From assembly GCF_030028105.1 (NCBI RefSeq), contig NC_092379.1, positions 25,661,821 to 25,725,820 of the forward strand: 64,000 nucleotides of DNA, read 5' to 3'. A model generated the notes under the pieces. The model was given only the letters and a program-made list of their open reading frames with translations. It had not been told where the DNA came from and did no database searches. Source of the DNA: Mobula birostris (lineage: Eukaryota). Below are positions 48,636-59,997 of the stretch, piece after piece. A program made the position numbers and the translations under genes. Numbering within the stretch: the first letter of the stretch is position 1; each line of letters begins with the position of its first letter.

Positions 48636-49595
48636 CTGTCTAGTAAGATTATTATGCAATGCATACCTGAGAGAAAAGGACGTACAAATCGTTAGGCCAC
48701 GGGATGCCGGCACCTTGAAATTTGAACGCAGTCTCAGACAACTTGAATGAAGTGAGAAATAGACCTTCTAATAATTATTTTCCGCAGTTTTCAGGAGGAT
48801 TTTTTTTTTCTTTTTTTATTTAAATTGGACTAGGCGGAGCCTTTTTCGGTAGCATGCCTTTCATTTTGCCTTCAGTCTGTGTTCATAACCTGCCACTGTG
48901 TTGATTAATTTGAAAATGTACATTCTCTGTAATGCTTCGGTACGTGGCTGAAACTGGACACGATACCTGTGGAGAATAACAAGATGGGTGGATTGTCTCC
49001 AACCTGTTAAGTTCTGATGTTCGAAGATCGTTGTTCCAAAATAATTCTTGATGTATTCTCTTGTGCTCCTTCAAAATGGCTCGATGAGTAGAGCCTTTAT
49101 GAGGAAACTGAAATGCAGAGATGACTATAGCGTTCATGGGATACCAATAATTATGTATTTCTGTGGGAGTTTATCATTTTCGGGTCACTAGAACAATATT
49201 ACTGAACTCTCAGTGAGATCATTCGTGCCCACTATTCAGCAATATTTCAATGCATATTGCCTCCTTCACTTACGGTGCTGCATTGAGATGGTACTCCTTA
49301 CTCACTGCTTACCGAGACGGAAGGAGATCGAGAGAGGACTGGAGAGACCGAGGGCGTGGTAGTGGGAAAGGAGAATGAAGAGCAATAACAGATCATCAAA
49401 ATTCAAGGCAGCAGCATGCGCTGAAATAACGTCAGCTGCGTGTTACAGGAAAATAATGCAGCGTGGATACGCACTTCTGTCTCTCCAAATGTACATGCAA
49501 ATGGTCCCTCATCGTGTTCTCTTTACATATATTTGATCGCAGGCTTAACTACGAGGGATCCATTTTTTTCCCCCTCCTGGGCTGTTTCTAAACTA

Positions 49596-49647
49596 ATGGC
49601 AATGTGGTGTCTGTGGTCTTCACTGACAACAATCCTCCTTGTTTTTG
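49596..49647 (+). CDS. Leader exon of V2 (MAMWCLWSSLTTILLVF-G)
   Basis: Hydrophobic peptide, phase-1 donor G|GTGAGA, 79-bp intron. Confidence 0.88.
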
Positions 49648-49726
49648 GTGAGACTCTGTTTTAGTGGTTCATGCCCGGCTGTGGCTTTGATCCCAAACTA
49701 CGCACATTTTCTACTTTCTGTTACAG

Positions 49727-50033
49727 GAGCCTTCGGAGATGATTCAATGTCTCAGCTTCCCTCAGAGCTGACGGTTGAAGAAGGACGAGATGTAACACTG
49801 AAGTGCAGCTACCCTGAGGGATATAATGGTTACACCGCCTTCTGGTACACCCAATTCTCGGGAGGTGCCCCACGCTTTCTGCTAAAGATATTGTTTACCG
49901 GATCCCAAATCCTGTCACCACGCTTTACAAAGAGGTTTTCGGTTGTTTATCAGAAATCAAGTAAGACTCTCCCTATAACTATCGCCCATATTTTTCTCTA
50001 TGACTCTTCCGTATATCTCTGCGCCATGAAGCC
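49727..50033 (+). CDS. TCR alpha/delta-type V exon (V2)
   Basis: Acceptor TTACAG|GA; MSQLPS..EEGRDVTLKC..WYTQ..APRFLL..RFS..DSSVYLCAMKP; aligns gaplessly with V1 (~42/103 identical by hand). Confidence 0.88.
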
Positions 50034-50072
50034 CACACTGCTGCAGAGTAGCAGCTGATGCGACCATAAGCA
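50034..50072 (+). promoter_or_regulatory. 23-RSS of V2: CACACTG + 23 bp + degenerate nonamer CCATAAGCA
   Basis: Heptamer at 50034-50040 directly after YLCAMKP; weak nonamer at 50064-50072. Confidence 0.8.
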
Positions 50073-50288
50073 TCACTCTAGCAGTTACTGTGTTCGGTCT
50101 CAAGGTGGTGCATCAGTGCTGTATGAATATGCGTCCTGTATGTTCCTGTATGCTTTGCCAAAATACTCCAAATGTTCTCCAAAACATCAATTTAACCTTC
50201 CACAATAAATAATTGAGATATAATTATGAGACAATCCCTCCGCCCCCCGAAATCTATCTCTTTATCTATCTCTCACACTCACTCTCAC

Positions 50289-50310
50289 TATATATATATG
50301 TGTGTATGTA

Positions 50311-50345
<35 letters not shown>
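50289..50345. repeat. (TA)n/(TG)n microsatellite
   Basis: Direct reading. Confidence 0.95.
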
Positions 50346-50346
<1 letters not shown>

Positions 50347-51996
50347 TAGCTGCACACTCCCGTAATTTGTTTTCCTTCCTAACCACTAGTGTCATTTGCG
50401 AATAGAGTTTATATCTTGTTCTGTATCTGCGTGCATTTCCAACAAGAATCCGATTTTCTCTGACAATCCAAAGAGTTATAGGTTTGGGGAAAATTGCACA
50501 ATAGAAGAACCCTGTGGATTACCGATCCGTTACTGAAAATGATGTAGTTGAAACGTACAGCGTTTCTCCATATGAATATGGATTCTCTTATGTTACTGGC
50601 AACTAATAGTCTCCTGGTACTGCTGCCGTAGAGTATTCAGAAGTTTTTGCACTTAATTTCTGCATTAACCCCTTTAACATGCCTGCATGAAATGAAAATT
50701 GCTTGGAAATTACACGACTGAAGCTTGAAGTCACTAGAATACATAAGATTACATATCTGCTCTAGTGACTACTACGTAGCCATAATCCACATCTTTACAC
50801 AGACCTAGCAGATTACTAAAGAACAGGCCGGTCCTGAACTTGTCTGTCGTTGTTTGTCATTAACAGACAGTAGTGTTCGGTATATCCGGCCTCTCTGCTT
50901 AGTTCGATCTTAGCGAGACATTCTGCAGTATATGCCCAATGAATACAATAGGATCTTGTGCATCCAAGCGATTTAATTCCACTTTCGTCTATAATATATC
51001 CAATTAAAGCGCCTTTGTTTCCATAGCCAACTCACCGGAAGCTGCAGCCTGCACTGTCAATCAATGAGAGGTCGGCTGATACGATCATCGCTTTCACTCT
51101 ACAGGGAGCAGGTGCATATACACGGTTCCCCAGTCTGTTTCTCGTAGAGATTCAGTGTCCACTTTGTTATGCACTTATGTGCAATTGCTAGTCAACGCAA
51201 TTATCTATTCATCCAACCATGTGTTTGCAACGCAATGCATGAAAAAGAAATATGCAGACATTATTAATAAGTTCAGTTGCTGTAAAAGCATGTGGAAGAA
51301 AGGTAAGCTGATTACCATTGATTATGAAGTGCTCGTTGGTGGCAGGCGGAGTGGCTTGGATATCGCAGAAAGATTTATCCTTGTGATTTTCAAGTACAAC
51401 CTTCTGTGGAGAATATAAATAATGATGTCAAAAAATGCAAAAAAAAACAACACTCTATAGAGTTTAAAAATAATGATGTAAAATTCTAAGAAGATGTAGT
51501 AATCACAGTTCTTAATCAAAAGCGCCTTCTTCATGAGAGAGGTTAACTAAGATAATACGGACTGGTTCAAGTTGAAAGAACGGTAACAGTACCTCAGGCA
51601 ATCACGAGGTACAGTATTAGTAAGCAGACAAGCATCCCCGAACGTACAATACGTCGTAACATAAAAAGTGATGGGCTACATCAGCATAAGACAAGTAACA
51701 ATCATATGCCTAAGAGCAGAATGATCCGAGTAAAGTGGCCACTGAGTATTTCGGTAGAAGAATCCAAAATATTGATGGGGCAATTGAAAAAAAAAAAAAA
51801 GAACGATCACCTTATTTTGCATTGAGTTTTTCTGTTACGGAATTTGATGCTAAATATCGAAAGAGGAAACAAGAAATAAGACACATCTTTACAGGTCTTT
51901 ACATTTTTTTTTGTTTTGTTTTATCTGGAGGTCAGTGGATGACTTCTCCCAATGAGGCAGTGAATGTTTTCGTAAAACCCTCTGCGTTGTTTCCGT

Positions 51997-54250
51997 ATAA
52001 CCACATAACCATATAACAATTACAACAGGGAAACAGGTCATCTCGGCCCTTCTAGTTCGTGCCGAACGCTTACTCTCATCTAGTCCCACTGACCTGCACT
52101 TAGCCCATAACCCTCCATTCCTCTCCTGTCCATATAGCTATCCAATTTTACTTTAAATGACAAACTCGAACATGCCTCTACCACTTCTGCTGGAATCTCG
52201 TTCCACACAGCCACCGCTCTCTAAATAAAGAAGTTCCTCCTCATGTCACCCTTAAACTTTTGCCCCCTAACTCACAACTCATATCGTTTTGTTGGAATCT
52301 ACCCGACTCTCAATGGTAAAAGCCTATCAACATCAAATCTAATTATCCCCCTCATATTTTAAATACCTCTGTTAAGACCCCCTCAAGCTCTGTGCCCCAA
52401 AGAATAAATACCCAACTTGTTCAACCTTTCTCTGTAACTTAGGTGCTGAAGCACAGATAACATTCTAGTAAATCTTCTCTGTGCTCTGTCTGTTTTGTTG
52501 ACATCTTACCTATAATTCGGTGCCCACAACTGTACACAATTCTCCATATCTTGCCTTACCAATGCATTGTACAATTTTAACATTGCATCCCAACACCTAT
52601 ACTCAATGCTCGGATTTATAAAGGCCAGCATACCAAAACCTTTCTTCACCAAGCTATCCACGTGAGATTCCACCTTCAAGGGACTATGCAACATTATTCC
52701 GATATCTCTTTGATCTATTGTATTCTTCAATGCCCTACCATTTTCCATGTATGTCCTATTTTGATTAGTACTACCAAAATGTTTCACCTCATATTTATCA
52801 GCAATAAACTCCATCTGTCATCTTTCAGCTCACTCTTATAACTGGCCTAAATCTCTCTGCAGCTTTGAAATCTGCTTCATTATCCACAACGCTACCCATC
52901 TTATTATCATCTGCATACTTACTCACCCAATATGCCACCCCATGATGTAACTAATGTATATGACAAACAACATTGGACCCAGTACAGATCCCTGAGGCAC
53001 ACCACTAGTCACTGGCCTCAAATCTGACAAACAGTTATCTACCACTACTCACTGACGTCTCCCATCCAGCCAATGCTGAATCCATTATACTGCTTCAATA
53101 TATAAACCGAAGGATTGAACTTTCCTAACTAATCCTCCGTGTGGAACTTTGTTCAAGGCCTTACTGAAATCCATATACAGAACATCCACAGCATTACCCT
53201 TGCCAACTTTCCTAGTAACCTCTTCAAAAAATCCAGTAAGATTTCCCCCAAACAGGACCTTCCACTCACTGATCCATATTGTCTGCTCCTAATCAGACCC
53301 GGTCTATCCGGATAATTATATTTATCATCTCTAAGAATGCTTTCCATCAATTTACCCACCACTGACTTCAAACGCACAGGCCGATAATTGCTAGGCTAAC
53401 TATCTGAACCCTTTTTAAACAATGGAGCAACAGGAGCCATACGCCAATCCTCCGGCAACATCCCGTTTCTAATGACATTTGAAATATTTCTGTCAGAACA
53501 CCTGCTATTTCAAAAGTAATTTCCTTCGAGGTTTTTTGGGAATATCCTGTCAGGAGCCGGAGACATAACCACTTTTATATTTCTTAAAAACTCAAGTATT
53601 TCCTCTTCTTTAATCATAGTATCCATAACTTCCCTACCTTTTTCCCTTACCTTAAACAATTTAAGATCCTTCTCTTTAGTTAATACCGAAAAAATAAATG
53701 CTCTAAATCTCTCCGGTCTCTTTTGGTTCCACACATATCTGTCCAATCTGATTCCATAAGTGACTAATTTTATTCGTCATTATCCTTTTGCTATTAATAT
53801 AACTGTAGAAACCCTTTGGACTTATTTTCACCTTACTTGCCACAGTAACCTCGTTCTTCATTTAGCTTTTCTAATTTCTTATTTAAGATTTTTTTTTACA
53901 TTCTTTATATTCCTCGAGCACCTTATTTACTTCATATTGCCTATATCTATGGCAGATACCTCTCTTTTTTTCCGAACCAAGTTTCCAATATTCCTTGAAA
54001 AGCATGGCTCTCTCAAACTTTTAACCTTTTCTTCTCATCAGCAGATAAATAAAGATTCTGTACGCTCAAAATTTCACCATTAAATGACATCTAATTCTCT
54101 ATTCCATCCTTCCCATAAAACAATTTGTTCCAAGGCATCGTTTCTAAGTCCTTTCGTATCTCCTCAATGTTAGCCTTTCTCCAGTCAAAAATCTAAACCC
54201 AACGTCCAGACCTATCCTTATCCATAGTTATATTGGAACTAAATTATATT
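51997..54250 (-). mobile_element. Degenerate CR1-type LINE (ORF2 pieces)
   Basis: Fragments LKLYNALVR..CVQLWAPNYR, VVGKLMESILRD and LRNIKVVMSPAPD; (ATAACC)n tail at ~51997. Confidence 0.8.
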
Positions 54251-54764
54251 GTTTCCGTTGGAGTTTGCCCTATCGTTCTGCAAAATCTGCGTTACTGCCT
54301 ACGACATCGTCAATGATCGTTTTTAAATTTCCCTGTGTCTGACGTCACTAATCAGCATTGCTTCTAGATTACACTGTCTTAACTTATGGCATATACCTTC
54401 GTTGAAATGGTTGAATTCGTTCTCTGGGAATTAAAGGTGTTCCTTTAATATATGTTCTCCGACATGATCGTAAAAGAAGGAACTTCATGCAGGATAACCA
54501 CCAAATTATGTTCAAATATTTGGTCTGCATGTTCCGAACATTGTGCTGCATGCCACATCCAAAGTAACTTTGGAGCCATGCTAGCCAGATGTCTTCAGAG
54601 AGAATAATTTTCTCCCAAATACAATCAATTAGAAGAAAAGCCAAATCAGTTTTCGATGAACGTTACAGGCATCCAGATTTGAACCGCGCTTCCATGCATA
54701 TCGTGCTCCAATTCATGTTCCTGGCATTTTTCTTGTATGCATAACTAGTGCTAAACTTGTCCAA

Positions 54765-55400
54765 CACCTCCACCTTCATTGTCATTCAGGGCTCCAATCA
54801 GTCACTGGAGTCGAGGAGACGCTACTGTTGTGAGTATGTGGAGTCATATACTGTGTCCTGTTCTCCCGCTGTTTCCTCCTGCCAACCGGTGAGACCCGAT
54901 GCAAATTGGAAGGCTGGTTCGCCGAGCATCTGCACACATCCAGCTTTAAAAAGTGGGATCTCCCAGTGGCCACATATATTAATTACACTTCCCATTTGTA
55001 TAGCCTCCAAAGTGATGACATAAGCCTTGATTTCTCGATCTTCCGGTAGTGCCCATGCCCTTACCATGCACTCTCCCCTTTTCCTTCTCTCACTGAATTA
55101 GGGATTTCCACCTTTTTTTCCTTCCTTGCCCATCTGTCCTTCTCCAGCCGTTTATATTTGTCTTCAATCAACTTCCCAGCCTTCAACCCTCCCCCTCCAG
55201 GTTTTCCGTATCACTTTTTGTGCACCTATAGTCCATCCACTCACTTTTTAATTCCGACTCCTTATTTGTTAATTTTCTCCAGTACAGCTGAAAGGTCTCG
55301 GCCCAAAACGTCAACTGTACTCTTTTTCATACAGGCTGTCTCGCCTGCTGAGTTTACTTTTTTTTTTTTCCCCAGCATTTTGTGTATGTTGTTAAGTTCC
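54765..55400 (+). mobile_element. Penelope-like relic: GIY-YIG endonuclease remnant plus decayed 3' terminal repeat
   Basis: From 54843, VIYCVLFSRCFLLPTGETRCKLEGWFAEHL resembles PLE VIYCIxCSRCGLLYIGET..RFAEHL; decayed CTGAAAGGTCTCGGCCCAAAACGTCAACTG at ~55288-55317. Confidence 0.7.
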
Positions 55401-58189
55401 GTACAAAATACGTTTAAGCAAATATAAACACTGGTGAAAATAAATATACCGCGAGACAAAAGTGTTGTGAAATCGAAGCCAGACTAAATAGATACATAAA
55501 ATGCGCCAGACGAAGGAAGGAGAATTATCAGTTGAGAAGCAATGACAAAGTTTAAACAGGAATTACTGTGCAATCGACGAGCCAAACTATTACCAACACG
55601 AGCACGGAATTATCAACAAACAGAGAGATAATGAAATGTTGGCCTGATATCTGATAAGAAAAGATGATCCACAATCATGAAATACAAGACACTCACAGAA
55701 GTGAATGAATACAACAATGTGAGGTTACAAATGATGTATTAAATGCGCCTATAAATAATAACTACAAATAGAAGTGTAGAAATGATATTCACAATTCTTT
55801 TCATACAAAGCACATTAGCCTCCATCCATACCTAAACATGCATATCGACCAATTTCTTAAAAGTCCGGAAATTTTGACTAGATGTTAAACGCATATCTTA
55901 CCTCATTGTAAAATTACATATGATTCATCAGTAAATATATAATTTTACTTTTATATAAACTATATATAGGATTGTAACAATATGCATGTTCAATTATATA
56001 ACTGGTTTTAAAGGTTGGAAAGGATGTAAAGAATAGCTGGCAACAGAATCTGTAATTCTAAATCTAGTCGGTTCTTTCAGTGACTACCAAAACATTTGGT
56101 TCTGTCCCGCACTCATAGTTAATAGAAATTCTTAATATATATAAACAACACCCAATACTTGTGAAATTCCTTCAAAATCTGATTGGAGAACTGTAATCGC
56201 CTTATCTATTAACAACCAAAAAAACACTGTCAAAGTTATGAAAATAAAATAAAACATTTTCCCGGGCGATTCCGTAAGGCGACTATAGTTTTGATTAGCT
56301 TTTAAACCGCTCTGTAATTTACTGAATCGGGGAATGCAGGGTATCAAATCGGAAACAAAGAAATGGATTATACTTGTACACACTGTCTATAGAAGACCGC
56401 TTTAAATTATATGATCTTTCATCAATAACGCCGAAGCACTTAACAAAAAAAAAAGGAAAAAAAAATCGGAGAACTGCTTTGTAAAGAGATAAACTGAAAT
56501 TTGGAATGTATAACTGCAGGAAATTTAAAACATAAAGAAATGTGCAATATAGTTAAAATGCATAACAGATCAGTGCAAAAGAATGTAACTCATTAATGAA
56601 TAGGAAACATGGGATGGTAAGCAAAGCAAATAGATCTGCGTGTGCTAGATGGAAAACCTTTGACAGAATTTACATCGTTGAAGAAAATCTGCCAAACTGA
56701 GCGCAAAAGTGAAAATATTACAAATATAATTAGCACATTTGGTATATGCACTGTAACGTGAACCTTTGGCACATACTCTTGTTCCGAAACTGTTCTGGAA
56801 CATTTACAAACAATAGTAAGAACTGAAATGGCATTTTTTGAAATCACACGGAGTACTCGAATGCGCTTCAATTATTTCTACCGAGCAGAGAACGAGTGAT
56901 GCAATAGTCAAGTAAATTTTCTAATGGAATATTAACTATCAACGTAAACAGGATTCAGCACTCTGTACGAGCATATCATATTCTGTTAAGTAGTGCACAC
57001 CACTAAATTTAAAATAACCCAGCCCAAAACAATGATGAACGTATCACTATAGAAGAACGGGTTAACCAATTAATCAATTCGTCTGCATGGAAGACGTCCC
57101 AGTGATCTCAGCAAAATAAACAAAAGGCTAGCAAATTCAATACGATAAACACAGAAAATGCTATGAGAAACCAGATACAAAACAATATCATACATAAACC
57201 AGCAGCAGTTGAACTCAACCTGATTACCTACACAAGCAAAATCGACTGTCAAATTTATTCACTTTAAAATACACACATTAAAAAAAACATATTTTTCAAA
57301 TAATGCAAACGTTATACAATATTAGAGAAAGAGTAACATAATTTGTACTATGACCGATAAGTTATTACAGACAGGGAAACCATAATAACAATCCAGATAA
57401 AACAATAAGGATAAATAAATAAGAATAATTGTGTCAATAGATATAATTGTACAAAAACACATAACACACATAAATTAATAAGTGGTACACATTTTCCTAA
57501 TAGTAATAGTAATATATAGAAAAGGTTAGAATGTCAATTAATAATTGCATAAAACAATTCGACTTACAGAGGAAGACTGGTATAAATCGACAGAGGGGAA
57601 AATACTAAACACCATTGAAATCGTCCGAAAATTCCTTGCAATTAAGGTAGAAGTGCGTATCGATATCCCCGATCCCATCTTACCTTCCGTCCCTCTGCCT
57701 CATTGTGATACGTAATGCACGGTTTGATTCACGGACATGGATCGTGAATATTTTCAAAGAAACAACCAATTGGCTTTTTGAATCAAAACAAATTACATGC
57801 GTGGAATATCTGGAATCTGCAAGTGAGGAAGAAGATTGAGCGGGCGATTAAATGGACAAAGGGGAATATCCAGCAGACGGCTCACAAATCAATATTTTTA
57901 CTATATGCAGTACATATTTTGGGTAGAAAGCAACTTTGAATTTTTGAATTATTGGAAATGGAGGATGCAATTGCTCAGGAAGTTATCAATGCCAATCTCT
58001 TGACGCTTAGTTTTGAGGGACTAGTAGTAATGAATGCAGAGTTGTATTCAATAAACAAATCCTTATGTTAGACACTTTGCTGTTCAGATGCTCAGCGTTG
58101 TGTGAACATACAATGAAATGGCATCTGCTGTGGACCTGTTATACCGATAAGCATTTGGGATGGTATCAAAGTCACTTCTTAGGCAGGAG

Positions 58190-59997
58190 TGTCAGAAGGA
58201 GGTGGCTAGGAACGGGCACAAGTGCAAGACACAGAAACTGAAGTACGAGGCACAGGACTAGGGCACAGGGTGAGGGCAAGTACATGGACACGAAAACCGG
58301 GAATCCGGAACAGGACTGAAGAAGAGAGCTAAGAGCCCGGGCTTGGACTCCGAGCTTGAGACTGGACAAGCACACAATACCTCGGTCTTGCTTCTGGCTC
58401 GAACCCCAGAACTAGACAAGGACGAGGCTTGGCTGGCAGGCTGGACGAGGCTGGAGTCTTCAGGCTTGAGGCTAGGCAGGAGGCTGGAGGATGGAGGGAG
58501 GAGACTGGAAGCTCCTCCTGGGCAGGGCGCGGGTCTCCTTCCGACGGAGGCAAGGGAGAGGAATGAACAGAACCAACCGTAGGTGACGGCAATACGGCCT
58601 GGCTTACCCGACGGAGACAGGGGATAGGAAATGACAGCGTCTCTGTCGCTGGGTACATGGTTGGCTGGATCGTTCTGACATAAGGGGTAGCTAGGAAGGG
58701 AACCACGTGAAAGACACAGACAATGACGTACCAGGGACAGGACTAGGATACAGGGTGAGGGCAAGGACATGGACACGAAAACCGGGAACCCGAAACAGGA
58801 CTGGACAAGAGAGCTTGAAGTCCAGGCTTTACTCCGAGCCACAGACTGGACAAGGACCTAGTACCTGGGTATTGCCTCTGTCCCGGACCCCAAAACTAGG
58901 CAAGTACGAGGCTGGCAGGCAGGACGAGGCTGGAGTCTTCAGGCTTGAGGCTAGAGTCTAGAGGCGAGTCTTCAGTCTTGAGGCTAGGCAGGAGGCAGGG
59001 GTCTTCAGGCTTGAAGCTAGGCAGGAGGCTGTAGTCTTCGGGCTTGAGGCTAGGCAGGCGGCTGGAGTCTTCAGGCCTGAGGCTAGGCAGGAGGCTGGAG
59101 TCTTCAGGCCTGAGGCTAGGCAGGAGGCTGGAGTCTTCAGGCCTGAGGCTAGGCAGGAGGCTGGAGTCTTCAGGTCTGTGGCTAGGCAGGAGGCTGGACT
59201 CTTCAGGTCTGTGGCTAGGCAGGAGGCTGGACTCTTCAGGTCTGTGGCTAGGCAGGAGGCTGGACTCTTCAGGTCTGTGGCTAGGCAGGAGGCTGGACTC
59301 TGCAGGCTCGTGGCTAGGCAGGAGGCTGGACTCTTCAGGCTTGAAGCTAGGCAGGAGGCTATAGTCTTCAGGCTTGAGGCTAGGCGGAAGGCTGGAGGAT
59401 GGAGGCAGCAGACTGGTAGCTCCTCCTGGGCAGGGCGCGGATCTCCACCAGACGGAGGCAAGAGATAGGAAGGGACAGAGCCAACCGTAGGTAGCGGCAA
59501 TACAGCCTGGCCTACCCGATAGAGGCAGGGGAATGGAAGAGACAAAACAAACCGCAGCTAACAGCAAGATGGCCTAGCTTACCCGACGGAGACCAGGGAC
59601 AGAAAGGGAGCTAGGTACGGTCTGTCTCCAGGACAAGACAGCAAGACAAAGCAAGGTTTCAGGCAATGCAAGGGAAGACAGAACTTCACGCGAGGCGAGA
59701 GTTACCGGCAAGACAAGGCAGGGCTTCAGGCGTTGCAAGGCAAAACAAGAACTTCAGGCGAGGCGAGAGTTACCGGCAAGGCTTCAGGCGAGGAAACAGA
59801 AGGCAGAGGATGGGATGCAAGGAGGTAGGACACGCCCTGGTCTCTGAAGGTATTTATGCAGCCAGCCCCAACGAGCATCAGCTGTCACAATTAGATTTCA
59901 ACAAGAACAGAAACAGGGTAGACAGGAAAACATGGAGTAAGTGTCAATGGACCAGACTGTGAACTGGAATACGGACTTCACGGACCGGACCATGACA
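58190..59997 (-). mobile_element. Internally deleted copy of the non-autonomous LTR family: 5' LTR 58676-59997, PBS/Gag start ~58616-58675, truncated 3' LTR 58190-~58615
   Basis: TGTCA...TGACA termini, perfect 5-bp TSD AGGAG (58185-58189 and 59998-60002), PBS GAACGATCCAGCC, MYPATETLSF. Confidence 0.85.
58920..59395. repeat. 33-bp minisatellite (GGCTGGAGTCTTCAGGCCTGAGGCTAGGCAGGA), about 13-14 copies, inside the LTR
   Basis: Direct periodicity; explains the 11-aa repeats in the ORF track. Confidence 0.9.

Noticed and set aside
26069-48900. Isolated CACTGTG heptamers (26069, ~29910, ~32275, 48894)
   Set aside because: No nonamer at 12 or 23 bp and no adjacent J-like FGxG coding.
50800-51090. 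Possible third V relic (donor GTGAGT, ~100-bp intron, ECLAKIEL..YC)
   Set aside because: Leader frame has stops, no conserved Trp or second Cys, and no RSS.
58920-59395. CRISPR-like periodic repeats
   Set aside because: Head-to-tail units without unique spacers, no cas genes, eukaryotic context.
58896-59567. 223-aa and 195-aa ORFs with 11-aa repeats, open on both strands
   Set aside because: A by-product of a stop-poor 33-bp unit inside an LTR; no start context or domain.
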